Below are positions 1 through 14,299 of a DNA stretch of 64,000 nucleotides, one piece after another (position 1 is the first letter of the stretch; every line of letters begins with the position of its first letter). Location of the stretch: positions 4,278,001 to 4,342,000 of the forward strand of contig JBITNC010000001.1 in NCBI GenBank assembly GCA_050084985.1. The letters are read 5' to 3'. The translations under genes and the position numbers were made by a program. This stretch comes from Nageia nagi (lineage: Eukaryota; Plantae; Pinophyta). The notes under the pieces are model-generated. The model saw only the letters and a list, made by a program, of their open reading frames with translations, searched no databases and had not been told where the DNA came from.

Positions 1-672
1 TCATTTGTTCTCCCAAACTAGGATGTTGAATCTTGGGTGAAGTTTGCAATATTTACTTGTTGCTATTATATGCTTGTTTAGTGTGTTCTTTCTTCCTAAC
101 TAGGACATTACAATTGGAGAGGTATTTTGCATTTTTAAAGTTACTAATTGCTCCATAATTGGGATATTAGATGTGTAAGTGCATTTTCATTGCTTAAGAA
201 CTATTTTTGCTTCTCTACCTAAATGTTGGGTTTGTGTGTGAATTTTTAGAATTTCATTTCAAAATTTATCGATATCAGCTAGATATTAGAATACTTGTGC
301 AAATTTGAGCTTGCTTAGCTAGTTTAAAGGTTGGAATCCAAACATCCCTCTCTTAAATATCTTGAGAGTAGAAAGTTTGAATACTTTCAAAGCTTCCTCT
401 CATGTTCTTTGAATACCTAATGTATTATGGGAGGTATTAGAAATAATATATTAGTTTGCATAGATACATTAGGTATCTATATAAATAATAAATACATTAT
501 AATATACTCTAATATATATTAATAAATATTTAGGGTTTCATATCATGGTGGTTTATTGATTCATTATTGTATGGGATTGTAACTCCTAAACCCTACATAT
601 TGTAATTAAAATCTCTTCAATAATGGAATGATATCTTATTCTCAATGTAATTCTCTTGATATAAATTTAGCA
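1..672 (+). repeat. Probable 3' part of an LTR (element continues beyond the window) interrupting the Copia RT
   Basis: Non-coding, with a TATA-like CTATATAAATA near 477-487. It ends in ...TTTAGCA at 672, where the minus-strand Copia RT frame stops abruptly. No second copy or TSD is visible. Confidence 0.35.
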
Positions 673-674
673 TA

Positions 675-2521
675 TAGTTTTATTTATCTCTTGTGAACTT
701 CATACTAATAATTTTCTTTGCCTCTCCTAAATCCATAATAAAAAAAGTGTTTGCCAACTTCTTCTTGAGCTCAATAATGTCGTTCATGCAAGAACTTGCA
801 ACCAACATGTCATCCATGAATAAAAGTTATATAACATAGTTTTCATTATTAGTCTTATTGAAATAAATATAAAGTTCAAATTGACATCATAAAATTCTAT
901 TTATCCATAAATTGATCAAACTTAAAATACATTATCTTGGATCATGTTTAACAACATACAAGCTCTTCTTCGATTTACATGCATAATCCTCTTTACCTTT
1001 AACCTCAAAACCTTCTGGTTAGTGCATTTAAACTAATCCTATAAATCACCATGAAGGAAATTTCTCTTAACATCTAATTGTTCAAGAAAAAAAATTTCTT
1101 TAGCTATAATACTCAATAATGTTCTTATGGAAGTCAATTTAACAACTAGTGAAAAGATCTTATCAAAGTCTATACCTTTATTTTGAGTGAAACCCTTGAT
1201 TACAAGCCTTTCCTTGCATTGTATCTCTTTTTTCCTCACATATCATCTATTAATATGTATACCCACTTATTAGTAAAAGCTCTTTTACCTTTGGGTATAT
1301 CAACCAAATCCCATGTTTGGATGTGAATAAAAGACTCCATCTATTTATTCATAGCATGCTCTCAATTATTATGTGTACTTATGTGCATGGCCTCATCAAA
1401 ATATTATGGTCTAGTAGAATTAGTACATAGCACATAATAAAGAGTAGGGGAAAATATATCATGGGGTCTACTTGCTCTTGTAGATCTTCTAATAACAATA
1501 GAAGTTTGAGGTTCTTCTTGTTGTAGATTTTCTTTAACCTTAGGTTTACCTTGCTCATAAATATCATCAAGTATCACATACTTGGGCTTCTCTTATTTAA
1601 CCTATATTTTATCCTTATATAAGTAATTTTCATTGAATATAAAATATCTACTTCTAATAATATTATGATTATCCATATCCCATAATTTGTATCTCAAACC
1701 ATCAACTCCATATCCAACAAAATAACACTTAACATCTTTTTCATTTAATTTCTTCTATTCTCCTTATCAATATATGGAAAACATTCATAACCAAATACTT
1801 TAAGGAAGGAATAGTTTACCTTTTTACCTATCCACAACTCTTTTTTCATATCAAAAGAGCTACTAGGCATTTTATTTATCAAATACACAACCATATCAAC
1901 AACATGAGTCCATATGTATAAAGGTAAGCTTGCACACAAACATATGAACTTTGCACCTTACAATATGTTTCTATTCATCCTTTTAGAAATACCATTATTT
2001 TGAGGTGTTCTTGGAACTACCTTTATCCTTGTTTTTCCATTGTGTGCACGATAGTCATCAAAATCCTTGTTGCAATACTCTCCACCATTATCTAATTTGA
2101 AAATTTTCATCTTTTTCCCTATTTCATTCTCAACCAATGCTTTCTAATTCTTAAAAGTATTAAACACATTAGATATTTTTTTCAAATGATAAACCCATGT
2201 CTTTCTTGTAGTATCATTAATTAATGTGACATAATAAGAGAATATATTAACAAATTTTACTTATGAAGATACTCACAAATTTTAGTGTACTAACTCCTAC
2301 TTCTCTTTCTTCTTTTCCAATCTAAAATATAGTTATCACAAAACTATAGTTAATGTATTTCAATTTAGGAAATAAAAATCTTGAGTGTCAATTTTTAATA
2401 CCTTTTTCACCCATGTAACCAAGTCTTTGGTGCTATAACATTACATCTTTACCTTTAGAAATAGAATTCAAGAAGCAATAAAATATGGTAGTGACTAAAT
2501 ACAAAGTACCCACCATACTAC
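675..2521 (-). pseudogene. Copia integrase and reverse transcriptase remnant
   Basis: ORF fragments 'KERLVIKGFTQNKGIDFDKIFS..LEQLDVKRNFLHGDL' (RT) and 'WIGKKVNYSFLKVFGYECFPYIDKENR' (INT C-terminal). A DNGGEY motif is present near 2075-2095. Many stops and frameshifts. Confidence 0.9.
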
Positions 2522-2526
2522 CTCTT

Positions 2527-3511
2527 TGTTACATTCCCCTTGAGCTCTAGACAACTTTAGAGGATTCTTGAGAATCCCATTGTAATATAGATTTACTTTG
2601 TGGTCTTATTTCATGTTGTAATTAGGGATAGGAGACTTATTTGGATCATTGAACACTATTTGTGAGCCTTAAGTGGGATTTCTCCCTCTTATGGACTAGT
2701 TTAGGTGATTTATAGCTTAATATGCATGTGTCAAGCCTAGAGTGGTCCCATGTCAACCCAAGAGACCCATATCTATCAAGAGGTCTTATGTCAACCTTAT
2801 AGTAAATCTTGTACATTCATGGCATCCCAAGGATACATGTTAGCCATTTGGACATAAGGGAGGATCCACATGGCATGTTTGGACACTTGGATACCCATGT
2901 GTGGGCATTATGAGCCCCTAACTAGCCAACATTGGAATAAAGGTTGAGATTGGTCACTATGAGGCAAGGAGACAATGTGAGACTATAAATAAACATTGGA
3001 GGATTATTTAATGGTTCTGATTGATTATTATTATTCTTGTCTATATGGCTTCCTGAACTTAGCAATGTTGAGTGTGCTTTCTTAGACACAACATCTAGAG
3101 GGTGATTGGGCTAAGGGATCCTAATTGTCTTGGGTTGGTGTAGCATCAATTCCATCTAGTAGCATCCAATGATTCATTCCTTCTATTCAATTAGATATAT
3201 GGTGTTTGGGGAGAGCCCCTTTGATGGGGAGGACTCGAGGGCTAAGGGTATGAATTTATCCCATAGTTTGTATTATGATTGTGTATGCTCAGCTCTCTTG
3301 AAGAGGTCATGGCTACCATTGAGCTGATGTATAATCTTCATTGGATAAATATAATATGAGGATTCCTTTCTCATTCATTATGTTGTGTATGATCATTATT
3401 TGCATGCATTGGTATTGAATGAATGCTTAATTTATATTATGTAAGAGTGAGAATTGTTAATTGGATTCAGGGAAGGTGCATTTAGTATAATTGTTCATTT
3501 AGAACATCACA
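2527..3511 (+). repeat. 5' LTR of the chromovirus
   Basis: Begins TGTTACATTCCCCTTGAGC and ends AACATCACA. Homologous to 6872-7773. Confidence 0.93.
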
Positions 3512-3512
3512 A

Positions 3513-3524
3513 TGGTATCAAATC
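3513..3524 (+). promoter_or_regulatory. Primer-binding site (tRNA-iMet type, degenerate)
   Basis: TGGTATCAAATC, 1 nt after the LTR (consensus TGGTATCAGAGC). Confidence 0.8.
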
Positions 3525-4119
3525 TAGATCTAGGTAGCTTGAGAAGATGATGGCTATATCCACCATTAGAGTGAAGAAATATAAATATGGGGTGAAGGTT
3601 TTCTACCATTTATTCCAAATATTTGAAGATGAGAAGATCCATGTCATGTAGAGGGAGAAAGTTTTATGGTTTCTAAAAGTTTTACATGAGAGAAAAGTGA
3701 GCTAAAAGAGAGGAGAAGAGCAAGCTATAGGGATGGCACTACCACACAAGACTCCTCCAAGGATTGAGATTTTGTTACAAATATACCAAAGCACTACTAA
3801 GGAATTTTGGAGAGATGTTTCCTTCAACATATACCAAGATCTATTAGGGTATGGAGTAATGGCCTAGAAGAGAACTAGTAAGGGAGAGAGATTTGGAGGG
3901 GTGATTAAGGAGCATATAGATTTGAAGCAAAAGAATAAGTCTAAGCAAAAGTTAACCCTTCAAGCTAGGATCTCAAACAACTAGTTGGAAGCAATGATGG
4001 AGTTGATATTAGTAGAAAGCATGGATGCCACTCTATGCAAGAGAGATTTGGAGTGGATGTGTATCTTCACCATGGCCAAGGGAAAACTCACATCATAAGG
4101 AGGAATACATCACGAGATA

Positions 4120-6840
4120 CCATCTAAAATTTAAGGGTTATTAGAGCAATACCTAGATTTGTTTGGTAATATTCCTAAGGGATTGTCCCCATTCAAGGAA
4201 TTCAAGCATATTATGGAGCTAGAGGAAGGGTCCAAACCTATTATAGTGGCACCATATAGGCATCCAAAGGTGTACAAAGATAATATCAAGAAGATAATTA
4301 AGGATCTATTATATATGGGGTTCATTTGACCTAGCTTGATTCCATTTGCATCATTAGTAGTGCTCATTAATAAGAAAGATGGATTGATGAGGATGTGCAT
4401 CGATTATAGGCTACTAAAAAAAAACTATCAAGAATCAATACCCTATTCCTTGAGTAGATGATCTCATTGACAAATTGTATGGAGTAAGGTATTTCTCAAA
4501 GATTGATCTTAGATTTGGGTACCATCATATTCGAATGAGAGAGGAGGATGTACCTAAGATGGCTTTTAGATGTCACTATGGTCACTTTGAGTTCATGGTC
4601 ATGCCATTTGGTCTCATGAATGTTCCAACCACCTTCCAATCATCAATCAATTAGATATTTTAAAAGCATATATGGAAATTTGTATTGGTATTACTTGATG
4701 ATATATTAGTTTACAACCAAACTTAGGAGGAATACCTCAACCATTTGAAGAAGGTATTGGAGTTATTACAAGAGCATCATTTTTATGCCAAGAAGTCTAA
4801 ATGTGAATTCATCATGATAGAGATACTTTACCTAGGGCACATCATCAATCATGAAGGAGTTAGGGTGGATGAGTAGAAGATAGCAATGATCTAGGAGTGG
4901 CCAACCCCTATGACTCTAACCCAACTGAAATGATTTTTTGGATTGTATAATTATTATCAAAAGTTCATCCAAGGGTTTTCACACCTATCAACCCCCTCAC
5001 ATAATTAACCAAGAAGGATGCATTCATATGGAGGTAAGAAGACCAATGAGCCTTTGAGGAACTCAAGAGAGTCATGAGTTCATGCCCATGTTTAGCCATA
5101 CCCAACTCCTCAACCCCTTTCACCATGGAGTGTGATGCTTTGAAGCTAGGTATTGGAATTTTCTTAATGCAAAAGGGAAAATTAATAACCTTTAAAAGTA
5201 GAAAATTGATAAGTGTAGAGTAAAAAATTTGTGTGTAGGATAAGAAGATGTTATACATCATGCATACATTGGAGAGATTCAAGAAATACTTAGTTTGTGG
5301 GCCCTTCATGATCCAAAGTGATCATAACAATTTGAAGTACTTCTTTAATCAGATGGATCTTAGTGAGAAGTAACAATTTTGGGTAAGTAAGCTACAAACT
5401 TATGATTTTGAGATCCAATATGTGAAGGAAAATAAGAACACCATGGAAGATGCATTATTTAGACACTCTTCTTTCTACTCTTTCTCTTCCATCATGGCCA
5501 ATTAGAAAAAGGATACCATAGACAAATATGCACAAGATGAGTTTTCCACCAACATCCTCAATGGGATGGTAAAAAATAAGAAGTATTTCATCAAAGAGGG
5601 GTTGCTCTTGAATTAGAATTGAATCTTCCTAGTCCCAACATTTGGAGTAAGGTAGAAGGTGATGCATGCACTTCATAATACACCACTAGCAAGGCACCCA
5701 AGAGTCATTAAGACCTATCAAGTAGTTTGAGAGAGGTTTACTTGGAAAGAGAATGATGTCTTTAAGCATGTAAAATTTGCAAGCATTATCAAAAAAATAA
5801 GGATGAGCACACCAAGCAAAGTAGTTTGTTGCATCCTCTAACCATTCCTTAGCAAAATTGGGAAGAAATTTCTATGGATTTCATCATTGGGTTACCCAAA
5901 ACCTAGGGCATGGATAGTATATTGGTGGTGGTAGACTGACTCACCAAATTTTCCCATTTTCTTCCCATTACCATCACTCAAATAGTTGCATAGATAATGA
6001 ATCTATTCTTTAGGGAGGTCTTCTAACTACACATCCTACCTAGGTAGATTGTGAGTGATTGAGATAGTAAGTTCATGAGCTCCTTTTGGAAGGAGGTATT
6101 TTTTCTTAGTGGGACTTCCCTCACTCCCAACACTAGCTATCATCTATAGAAAGATGGCTTGAAAAAAATCATGAATAAGTGGGTGGAGGGATATTTGAGG
6201 CATTATCTGATGGGACAACAAAACTTTCCACATGTCCATTAAAATTTCCCCTTTCCGAGCTTTATATGGTTATGATCCTCCTAAATTTTTAAATCTAATT
6301 TTTGATGAGGGGAAAGCTCCCCAAGTTAATAGTTTCTTGTAGGAATACTAGGATATCATCAAATTTTTGAGGGAGAATATACAAATGGGTTAGAATTGAT
6401 AAAACAAGTTCTATGAGCAACATAGGGTAGAGAGGAAATTTGAATTTAGGGACATGGTATATATCAAATTGTAGCTATTTAGATAGTCATCACTCAAGAA
6501 GAATAAAGTGGAGAAATTGCAGCCTCGATTCTTTAGACCCTACAAAGTCATCTGTAAGGTAGGAGAGGTTGCATATTAGTTGGAGTTAACTAAAGAAAGC
6601 AAGATTCACAACACATTACACATATCACTCTTGAAGAAGGCTATGGGACAACATGAGGTTTCATTTATCATTCTTCCACCATTAGATGATGGATGGTTGG
6701 TACTAATTCTAGAAAAAGTGCTAGATATAAGGACCAAGAAATTGAGATTGATATAGATTCAAGAACATTTCATCAAATGGAATGACTTTCCATTAGAAGA
6801 CTCCACATGGGAGAATTCAAAGATACTCATGTATCCTACT
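4120..6840 (+). pseudogene. Gypsy pol remnant: RT, RNase H, integrase, C-terminal chromodomain
   Basis: Motifs read by eye: PYRHPK, MCIDYR, FSKIDLRFGYHHIRM, LDDIL (RT); ECDA and SDHNNLKY (RH); WEEISMDFIIGLP (INT); LDIRTKKLR..IQEHFIKWNDFPLEDSTWE at ~6720-6813 (chromodomain). Confidence 0.92.
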
Positions 6841-6871
6841 TAAGGGCAAGCAATGTCAAGAGGGGAGGCTT

Positions 6872-7773
6872 TGTGATGTTCCCCTTGAGCTTTGAACAAC
6901 TTTAGAGGATTCTTGAGAATCCCATTATAATGTAGGTTTATTTGTGATCTTATTTCATATTGTTACTAAGGATAGGAGACTTATTTGGATCATTGAAACC
7001 CATTTGTGAGCCCCAAGTGGGATGTCTCCCTCTTGTGGTCTAGTTTAGGTGATTTATGGCTTACTATGCATATGTCAAGCCCATAGTGGTCCCACATCCA
7101 CTTAGGAGACCTAGATCCATCAAGAGGTCCCATGTCATCCTTCCAAAAAATCTCATGCATGTGTGCCATCCCAAGGACACACATTAGCCATCTAGGCATA
7201 ATGGAGGACCCACATGGCATTTTTGGACACTTGGACACCAACATGTGGGCATTATGAGCCCCTAATTGGCCAACATTGGAATAAAGGTGGAGATTGGTGA
7301 CTACGAGGCAATGAGATAATGTGAGATTATAAATAGACATTAGAGGACTATTTGAGGGTGTTGATTATTATTATTATTTATTATTATTATCTATATTACA
7401 TCTTGAACTTATTGGTGCTAAATGTGATTTCTTGGATGGAGCATCTAGAGGGTGATTGGGATGAGGGATCCCATTATCTTGGCTTGGTGTAGCATCAAGT
7501 CTATTCAGTAGCATTAAAGGGTTCCATTCATTCCATTTAGTTGGATATCTAATGTTTGAGGAGAGCCCCTTTGGTGGGGAGGACTCGAGGGTTGAGGGAG
7601 TGAATCTATCCATAGTTTATGTTGTCATTGTGTATGCTTGGCTCTCTTGAAGAGGTCACATTTACATTCATTGGTATTGAATGAATGCTTAATTTGTATT
7701 GTGTAAGAGTGAGAAATGATAATTAGATTGAGGGAAAGTGCATTTGGCATAAGTGTTCATTCGAAACATCACA
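6872..7773 (+). repeat. 3' LTR of the chromovirus
   Basis: Follows the PPT AAGAGGGGAGG, starts TGTGATGTTCCCCTTGAGC and ends AACATCACA. It is ~80 bp shorter than the 5' LTR and has an expanded (TTA)n near 7365-7390. Confidence 0.93.
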
Positions 7774-7778
7774 CTCTT

Positions 7779-8850
7779 GCTACCATCATTGATCCTTTTG
7801 TAACTTTCTATGAATGGTCACCAAATGAAATTATATAACCCTCCTTGTTAAGCTTTCTTATTGATATGAGGTTACATTTTAGATATAAAATGTGTTTAGC
7901 TTCTTTAGCCACCCATTGATCCTTATTAGATAATTTTACCTTTATTATATCAATACCCACAATATCACATGCGTGATCATTACCTAAAAGCACATATCCA
8001 TAGTCATCTAAGACATAATCTATGAAGTATTCTTTATGATATGTAGAATGGAAGGAAGCACTAGAGTCAATCACCCAATACTCACTATTTCTATTGATAG
8101 ACAAAATAAGAGCATCTTATACTATTTTACTAGTAACATTGGCTTCATGATTGTTACCTTAGTTTTCATTAAACCTTCCTTACCTTCACCTTTTCTTGAG
8201 AAATAATCCTTCTTGAGATGGAATTTCTTCCCACAAAACCAAAACTCTAAATTATTTTTGGATTGTGGTTTTTTGGACTTAGATCTACCTTATGATTTTC
8301 CTCTTTGTTGTCTCTTACCTCTATCCCTTGATATTCCTCTATTATCAACCATAAGAGGTATGCTATAAAATTTTCCTCATGTTCTCATTAAGAATTATTT
8401 TAATTACTTGTTTAATGACTAATTTAGTAGAGGTATAATTGCTTACTACCATATCAAGTTTATTCTATCTATCTGCTAGTGAAGAAAATATTAGTAATGC
8501 TCTAATCTCATCATAAAATTTAATATTTACTAATAGAAATTGGTTATCATTAGTATTGAATTTATTCAAATGATCCAAAATTGATCCTCCTTTATTTGTC
8601 TTCATATTAAATAAAATTTTCATTAAATATACATTGTTTGAGGTGGATGGTTTCTCATACATAGAGGCCAATTTTTTCATAACCCCCTTTGTGGTTTTCT
8701 CCCTTAAGATGTTTAAAACTTCCAATGTATCCAACTACAATCTCACTATGGCCAATGCCTTTTTGTCTAGTAATGCCCAATCTTCATTTAACATAGTTAA
8801 TGGTTTCTTTGAATCTTCTAGAATTGGAAGTTTTTGCCATTAAATTCGTT
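7779..8850 (-). pseudogene. Copia gag (UBN2) and protease remnant
   Basis: ORFs 8465-8734 ('KLASMYEKPSTSNNVYLMKILFNMK') and 7808-8104 ('WVIDSSASFH'). The frame 'KGSMMVA|RGSMVGTLYL' rejoins across the Gypsy insertion. Confidence 0.92.
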
Positions 8851-8920
8851 CACCCTTAGTCTACCTTATTTTATGATAAAACCTTTCTTACACCCAACAA
8901 AATAACACTTTGATACCATT

Positions 8921-9384
8921 TGTTAGAATTCACTTATAAATAATAATTTTAGTAATTATGGTTCCTCTTATTTGGAAAAATAAAATAATAATCAAAATGA
9001 TAATAAAACAATCACACAAGAATTTGAGATAAGTTTTAATGTGGTTCACTTAGTGTAGGCTACATCCACAAAGATGTTTTAAGTACTTATTGCAATAAAC
9101 TCCATAAGCTAATAGATTACAACCTATAACCCACTATTGTAGTTTTCCCTTTATCTCATAAGGAAATCTAACATACAAAACTCATTCTCTCTCCTTTTTC
9201 ATTTTAACTTCTCTCGTAAATTCAATAAAACTACTTAGATTATAAATCTACAATTACAATCATATTTTTAATTCAAAATGAAGCTAAAATTCCATGCAAA
9301 ATTTTACCACAAACTATACAAATTCAATCCCAAAATTAGAATAAAAAAAGAGTGATTTTTTTAGCTCAAAATAGAACTTTAACA
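8921..9384 (-). repeat. Probable 5' LTR of the Tnt1-like Copia
   Basis: Abuts the PBS at 8907-8918 and starts TGTTAGAA on the + strand. The far end is inferred from TTTAACA only. Confidence 0.5.
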
Positions 9385-9569
9385 TCTTTGGATTCATACT
9401 CAACCCTAATCAAACCAGTATCGATTAACTAACCAACTCCTATAGGTCTACTCAACTTTTGACTTGAATGATAGATCAGTTGCTGAATTGACCTTCACCT
9501 GATTGATTACCACTTCCAAATCAACCTTGTGCAAACCAATTAGAAACTAGAGAGAAACTTTCTCCTTAT

Positions 9570-9850
9570 TTGATACTAAATTAGGCTCCATTCCTAATAG
9601 AATTCAAAGGGAAGGTGTAAGAGGGTAACCTAGATTAGAGAATACATTATCTTAGCCTTGGTCAAATTTAAACATGGTTTTCATTTCTCTAGGAAAAAAG
9701 CCTCTCTTTTTAAAAAACCAAGGCATACTCAAGACATAATCTTGGTCTTCAATATTATCAAATAAGAACATAATATAGTCATTAAGCATTATGATAACCT
9801 CTACATTTACTTTGATTTTTCATCTCATCTCTAGCCATTTTTAAATTGAT
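9570..9850 (-). pseudogene. L1 LINE ORF1 (DUF4283-like) remnant
   Basis: Minus strand reads 'LSMPWFFK..FFLEK*KPCLNL..I*VTLLHLPFEF', matching the GPW..WVxLxxLP signature. Confidence 0.55.
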
Positions 9851-10599
9851 TTAATATCTAGATGAGCACCATGGAGCCTATTAACAAGACTATATTGTAC
9901 CCTCCATGTATTTTTTGTTGATAATAGTATCTGGTATTTTGAGATATACATTTTTTACTCTTTTCTTTATCTCCAAAGGAGGTGTGATTTCAACTATAAC
10001 CTCTTTTGTAAAAATATTACACCTTAATCACATGTACACTTCTATAGCACATTTTGAAATAAGTGTCTATAGAGTGTGGATTTTATTTCAACCATAGAAG
10101 GCATTTTTAGATTTGTGCCCTAGCAATGGTGCTTGAGTCTTCTCCTTTAGATACATGGACAAGGTTGCATTGTATTTTAAAAATTAGGCATTCATTCTAC
10201 ATTAGCAAAAATAATTTTTTATTCTTAAACTCTTTTTTATGTTTATATAGTGTGATTCTATTTCTAGGTGTGTTTATTTGAAAAATACTTACAAATCTTT
10301 GTATAAGTATTATGTATCTATTCTAAGGTGATATTTAGATATTTGTAGGCATTTTAACTATGTGAGTATTTATTAAAAGAAAAACTAGAATGCATGAGTG
10401 GGAGAAGAAGTTTGCATCTCGATGCCATAATAGAGTCTCACCCTTGGTCAGGGCTTTGTTATATTTCAATGCCTCATAGTCTAGGCCTTTGGCTAGGGTA
10501 GTTGGAACAAAGGTTACTAGAGAACATAGTGGGAGAGTATGGAAACTCTTGATATCTATCAATACTCCTCCCATTATTGAGATTAGTGGGGAAGACTTC

Positions 10600-11170
10600 A
10601 CACTTGATCTAGAGTGCTTGATAACTAATACTATTATCTAAAAAATAAATAGCAAGGGCACTACAAAAGATGCTTTGTATAGATTCATCTAGGAAGAATG
10701 GTCCAAAAATGTGAAATTAATACTACTTCTAAGGGGTTTCTTTATAGTTTCCTTCTATGATCTAGAGGAGGCAAATTAGGTGCTAGAGAATAAACATGGA
10801 TGGTTCTTTGATGATAGATTAATTTACATGCATATTGGGATATCAACTTTTGATCCTTCATAAAACATTATTGATGACTATCTATTTTGGGTAACCTTAC
10901 ACTCCCTTCTAGTGGAATTCTAAAGCAAAATATATTGACTAAAATCAGTAATAGAATTAAAAAATTTGAATACTTGGATGAAAAAATAAAAGGAAATCTA
11001 TCAATATGGCAAGATATGATGAGAGCAAGGATGGTAGTATGGATGAATACTTCTAATTGCTAGCCTCAAGCAATAACCCTAACTTTAAATAGAAGATATT
11101 AGATTCAAAAGATAGATTTTTAAGGCCTCCTCCCTTGATGTTTCAAATGCCAATGGTTGGGATACAGTAA
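10600..11170 (+). pseudogene. L1 LINE ORF1 (DUF4283 + zinc knuckle) remnant
   Basis: Reads 'GFFIVSFYDLEEAN*VLENKHGWFFDDR', 'FWVTLHSLLVEF' and 'CFKCQWLG' near 11138-11163. Confidence 0.7.
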
Positions 11171-14100
11171 ACACTCCTACCTATAGATTCATTAATATAT
11201 GGTTTCTTAAGATACAAATAACATAAAGCCATGTATTGTTTGTATAGTGTCATCTACTACTTTGGAGATAGATAAGGGAGCAAGGATAATGCCATCGAAA
11301 TGAGCTACTATGCCAAAGTAAGGGGTGACTTGAAGTTCATCTTCAATTGCCTCCATCATAAACTAAACTTGCATGCATAGGATATTAAACTTGTACAAAT
11401 TATCATATTTGACCATGCTCTAAATTTGTAGCCTACAACATCCTTTTGATCCTTATGAGAAGGAAAACACTATCAATCAAATGAAAAAATAAATTTATTT
11501 TTATCCTACAAACATGAAATCTCGATTTAAATTTTATTTCTATTTTGAAGGATAAAATTAAAAACTATCCTTAAAAAAAACATAAATTTTAAATAAAAAT
11601 GAAAATATATATTATGTGTATACTTGTAGTTTGTGTAAGCTTATAGTAAATGCACTATGTTGTGTAATTCATAGCTAGTACCAAAACTTAATTAATGATC
11701 ACCTACTTAGTGAAGCTCCCTCCAAGTCTAGTTCTAATTGATACAATATGCATTAGAAATTTAGCAACATTACCTATGGGAAATAGCCAATTTTAGTTAT
11801 TAATAAATGCATTACATGTGGAGCAATGAAGTTACAAACTTGGAACTTTGGATGAGAATTCAAATTGTTGGAGACTTGCAGAAGTGGAGAAGGATCTGCA
11901 AACATGAATACCATCCTTCTTATAAGTTATTTGAGGTAAATTTGGAGAAATAATTTATTTTTTATATTATATATTAAATTCAAATAGAAATAATGGTATG
12001 GTTGATGTATCAATGCATTATGAAAAAGAAATGGAGAAAGAGCAGCTAGCTACGAATAACATCCTTCCTATAAGTTATTTAAAATAAGTTTGTAGAAATA
12101 ATCTCTTTAATATGTTCACAATCCATAATAGATTTGTGAGTCTATAGTGCCCCTATACCTAGAAGTTAACAATTTTGTTTCAAAGGTTAGCCTAATCTAT
12201 AGATCTTTTTTTATCCCCTTTAACTAAATGGTCCATATAGAACATTTTCACAAAAAGGTTATTATATACCTTCACCCTAAGGGAGGTTTTGTTCCATTAC
12301 AAGGGAATGGGAGGAGATAAAGCTAATGTATAAAACTAAAAGGCCTCACAACATAAGGGCAAGGGAGAACAATAAACTCCATTAAAAGAGGAAGGATAGA
12401 GACACACAATTTCCTCAAGGTGGAAGATTAGGCTTTGAATAAAAATTGGGTTAGTTACAAGCTTGAAACCTTTGAATAAACCCATCCCTAGTAAGTGTGG
12501 CCCTCCCATGTAGAATATTTCTTAGATGAATACTAGGTACAATATAGTTAACTTTTTTTCCAAGTCCATCAAATAGAAATAATGTTTGATAATTAATGAA
12601 ATAGAAATAAATCATCCTAAAAAAGAGTTCATGTCAGATTTGATAAAGAGGAACTATAATTATAGATGATGATAGAATGATCACACATTAATAAATAATG
12701 ATAGAATTGAAATCCCATATAGAATGATGCCCTTTTTAAAAGTACTTTTTGAAGGAATATGAATTACTAAATTGATATTTCATGATTATTAGACATTGTT
12801 TCCTGATTAAGAAGATAATGTGTTAACTAAGATAATGTGTTAACTATACATATTAATTTAGAGGAAAAATTTTCTTACTAAGAAGATGTGTTAAACTATA
12901 CATATTAAAGTTGAAACTATAGGAGATGTGCATTGTGAATATAGAAGAAAATATCCTTGAATTTTTTATTAATGTTGAGAAAATTAAAATAAGTATTGGT
13001 ATATAAAAACCCAACTCCTATAGGGGATTCCAAAAAAAATCATATTAGCTACTGCAATCACCATCTTTGGTGAGCATTTGTGTGTCTTCAATTTAATTAC
13101 TATCTTCAAAGTTGTATTACAAGGAACAAATTTCAAGGTACAAATTTTTAAGTTTCAAAAGAAATATCACCAAAATATTGAATCCCAACACTTACAATGC
13201 ATAATCTCTAGAATCTCAATGCATATAAAAATCAAAGGTTAGAGAACATTCGTATGTTATAAATCCTCTACAACCATCATAAATGCCTCAAACTAAATAT
13301 ATAAAATACAATTATAGTTTAGGTACCTAGTAGAATACAATGTAAAATTTTATCCTTTCATTAGAGGAATTGATTGTTGTTTACAAAAAGATTTATAATA
13401 ATAAGAGCTAAACATAATTTATTCTTTATGTATCTTCTAATTATTACCATTCATATTGTTTATCATTTTTATACATAATGCGAGCAGTTTTCACTATGCT
13501 TTCATTTTAATGAGGTAATTTTTTAGATATTCTATGCAAAATCTATTGCACATTTTGCCTTCCATGAGGTTGTTTCTCTCCATTGTGGTGCCTTCCATGA
13601 GGTTTTTTCTATCCACTATGATTTATCAAATAAATCACAAATAACATATACATTTATTACATTCCATGTAGTTGTATTTTGTGAAGTACATTTTGATAAG
13701 TAGTTTGCTAAATCATTTGTATGTAAAAGGAAAACATTTGAGTTGTACAAAAATCTAATTCAAAGAAATTTTTTATGCATGTATTAACATTGTGCAAGTT
13801 GTCCAATTTAAAGCGGAGGAAGCTTCAATAAGTGAATTATTTTTTAGTTTAAAACTACTATTGTTGTTATATTTGGTAGAACATGTAAATGCCTAAATTC
13901 ATGTCCTTAGTAACCTCAAACCTCTTTCAAAAATACAAATATGATGTGAAATGTATTGAAAATTGTGTTTGGAGGGGTAAGTAATTTGTTTTGATAATAA
14001 GGGTAAATTATATTATCAAAAGTGGTGAGGGGTTTTGTTTGAACCCCAAAAAAATTGATCACAAAATGGTTTCCAAAATAGGAAACTGCTACCCAACTAT

Positions 14101-14299
14101 ACCTGATGGTAGGTAATAAAATTTGTAAAAAAACTATTAACAAAATAAGTTTAGATGCTACCAAGCTATAACCTATTGGTAGCCCTAATGCAACCTACTA
14201 TACAAATTGTATTAATAGAAAATTGTCAAATTATATTCAAAATACATCTAAATCATAGCTAAGATACAGCCCAACTACCTCTTTGTTATTGGAATATTC

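Larger units (their letters stand above)
2527..7773 (+). mobile_element. Ty3/Gypsy chromovirus-type LTR retrotransposon, decayed, with an internal gag/protease deletion
   Basis: Paired LTRs with TG..CA ends, 5-bp TSD CTCTT (2522-2526 and 7774-7778), PBS at 3513, PPT at 6858-6868, and RT-RH-INT-chromodomain order. Confidence 0.95.
675..9384 (-). mobile_element. Decayed Ty1/Copia LTR retrotransposon (Tnt1/Tork-like), interrupted by a Gypsy insertion and truncated in RT
   Basis: gag-PR-INT-RT order on the minus strand. PBS-like TGGTATCAAAGT at 8918-8907 lies next to an LTR end at 8921. The right boundary (9384, ...TTTAACA) is tentative. Confidence 0.85.

Noticed and set aside
4131-7613. Minus-strand ORFs over the Gypsy element
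   Set aside because: Antisense shadows of pol and LTR sequence.
12200-12560. Possible LINE 3' end on the minus strand
   Set aside because: Only a short T-run and general appearance; no ORF2 motif or TSD.
11905-13625. Short local duplications (11906/12054, 12808-12908, 13557-13620)
   Set aside because: Two or three degenerate copies each; ordinary slippage with no further structure.
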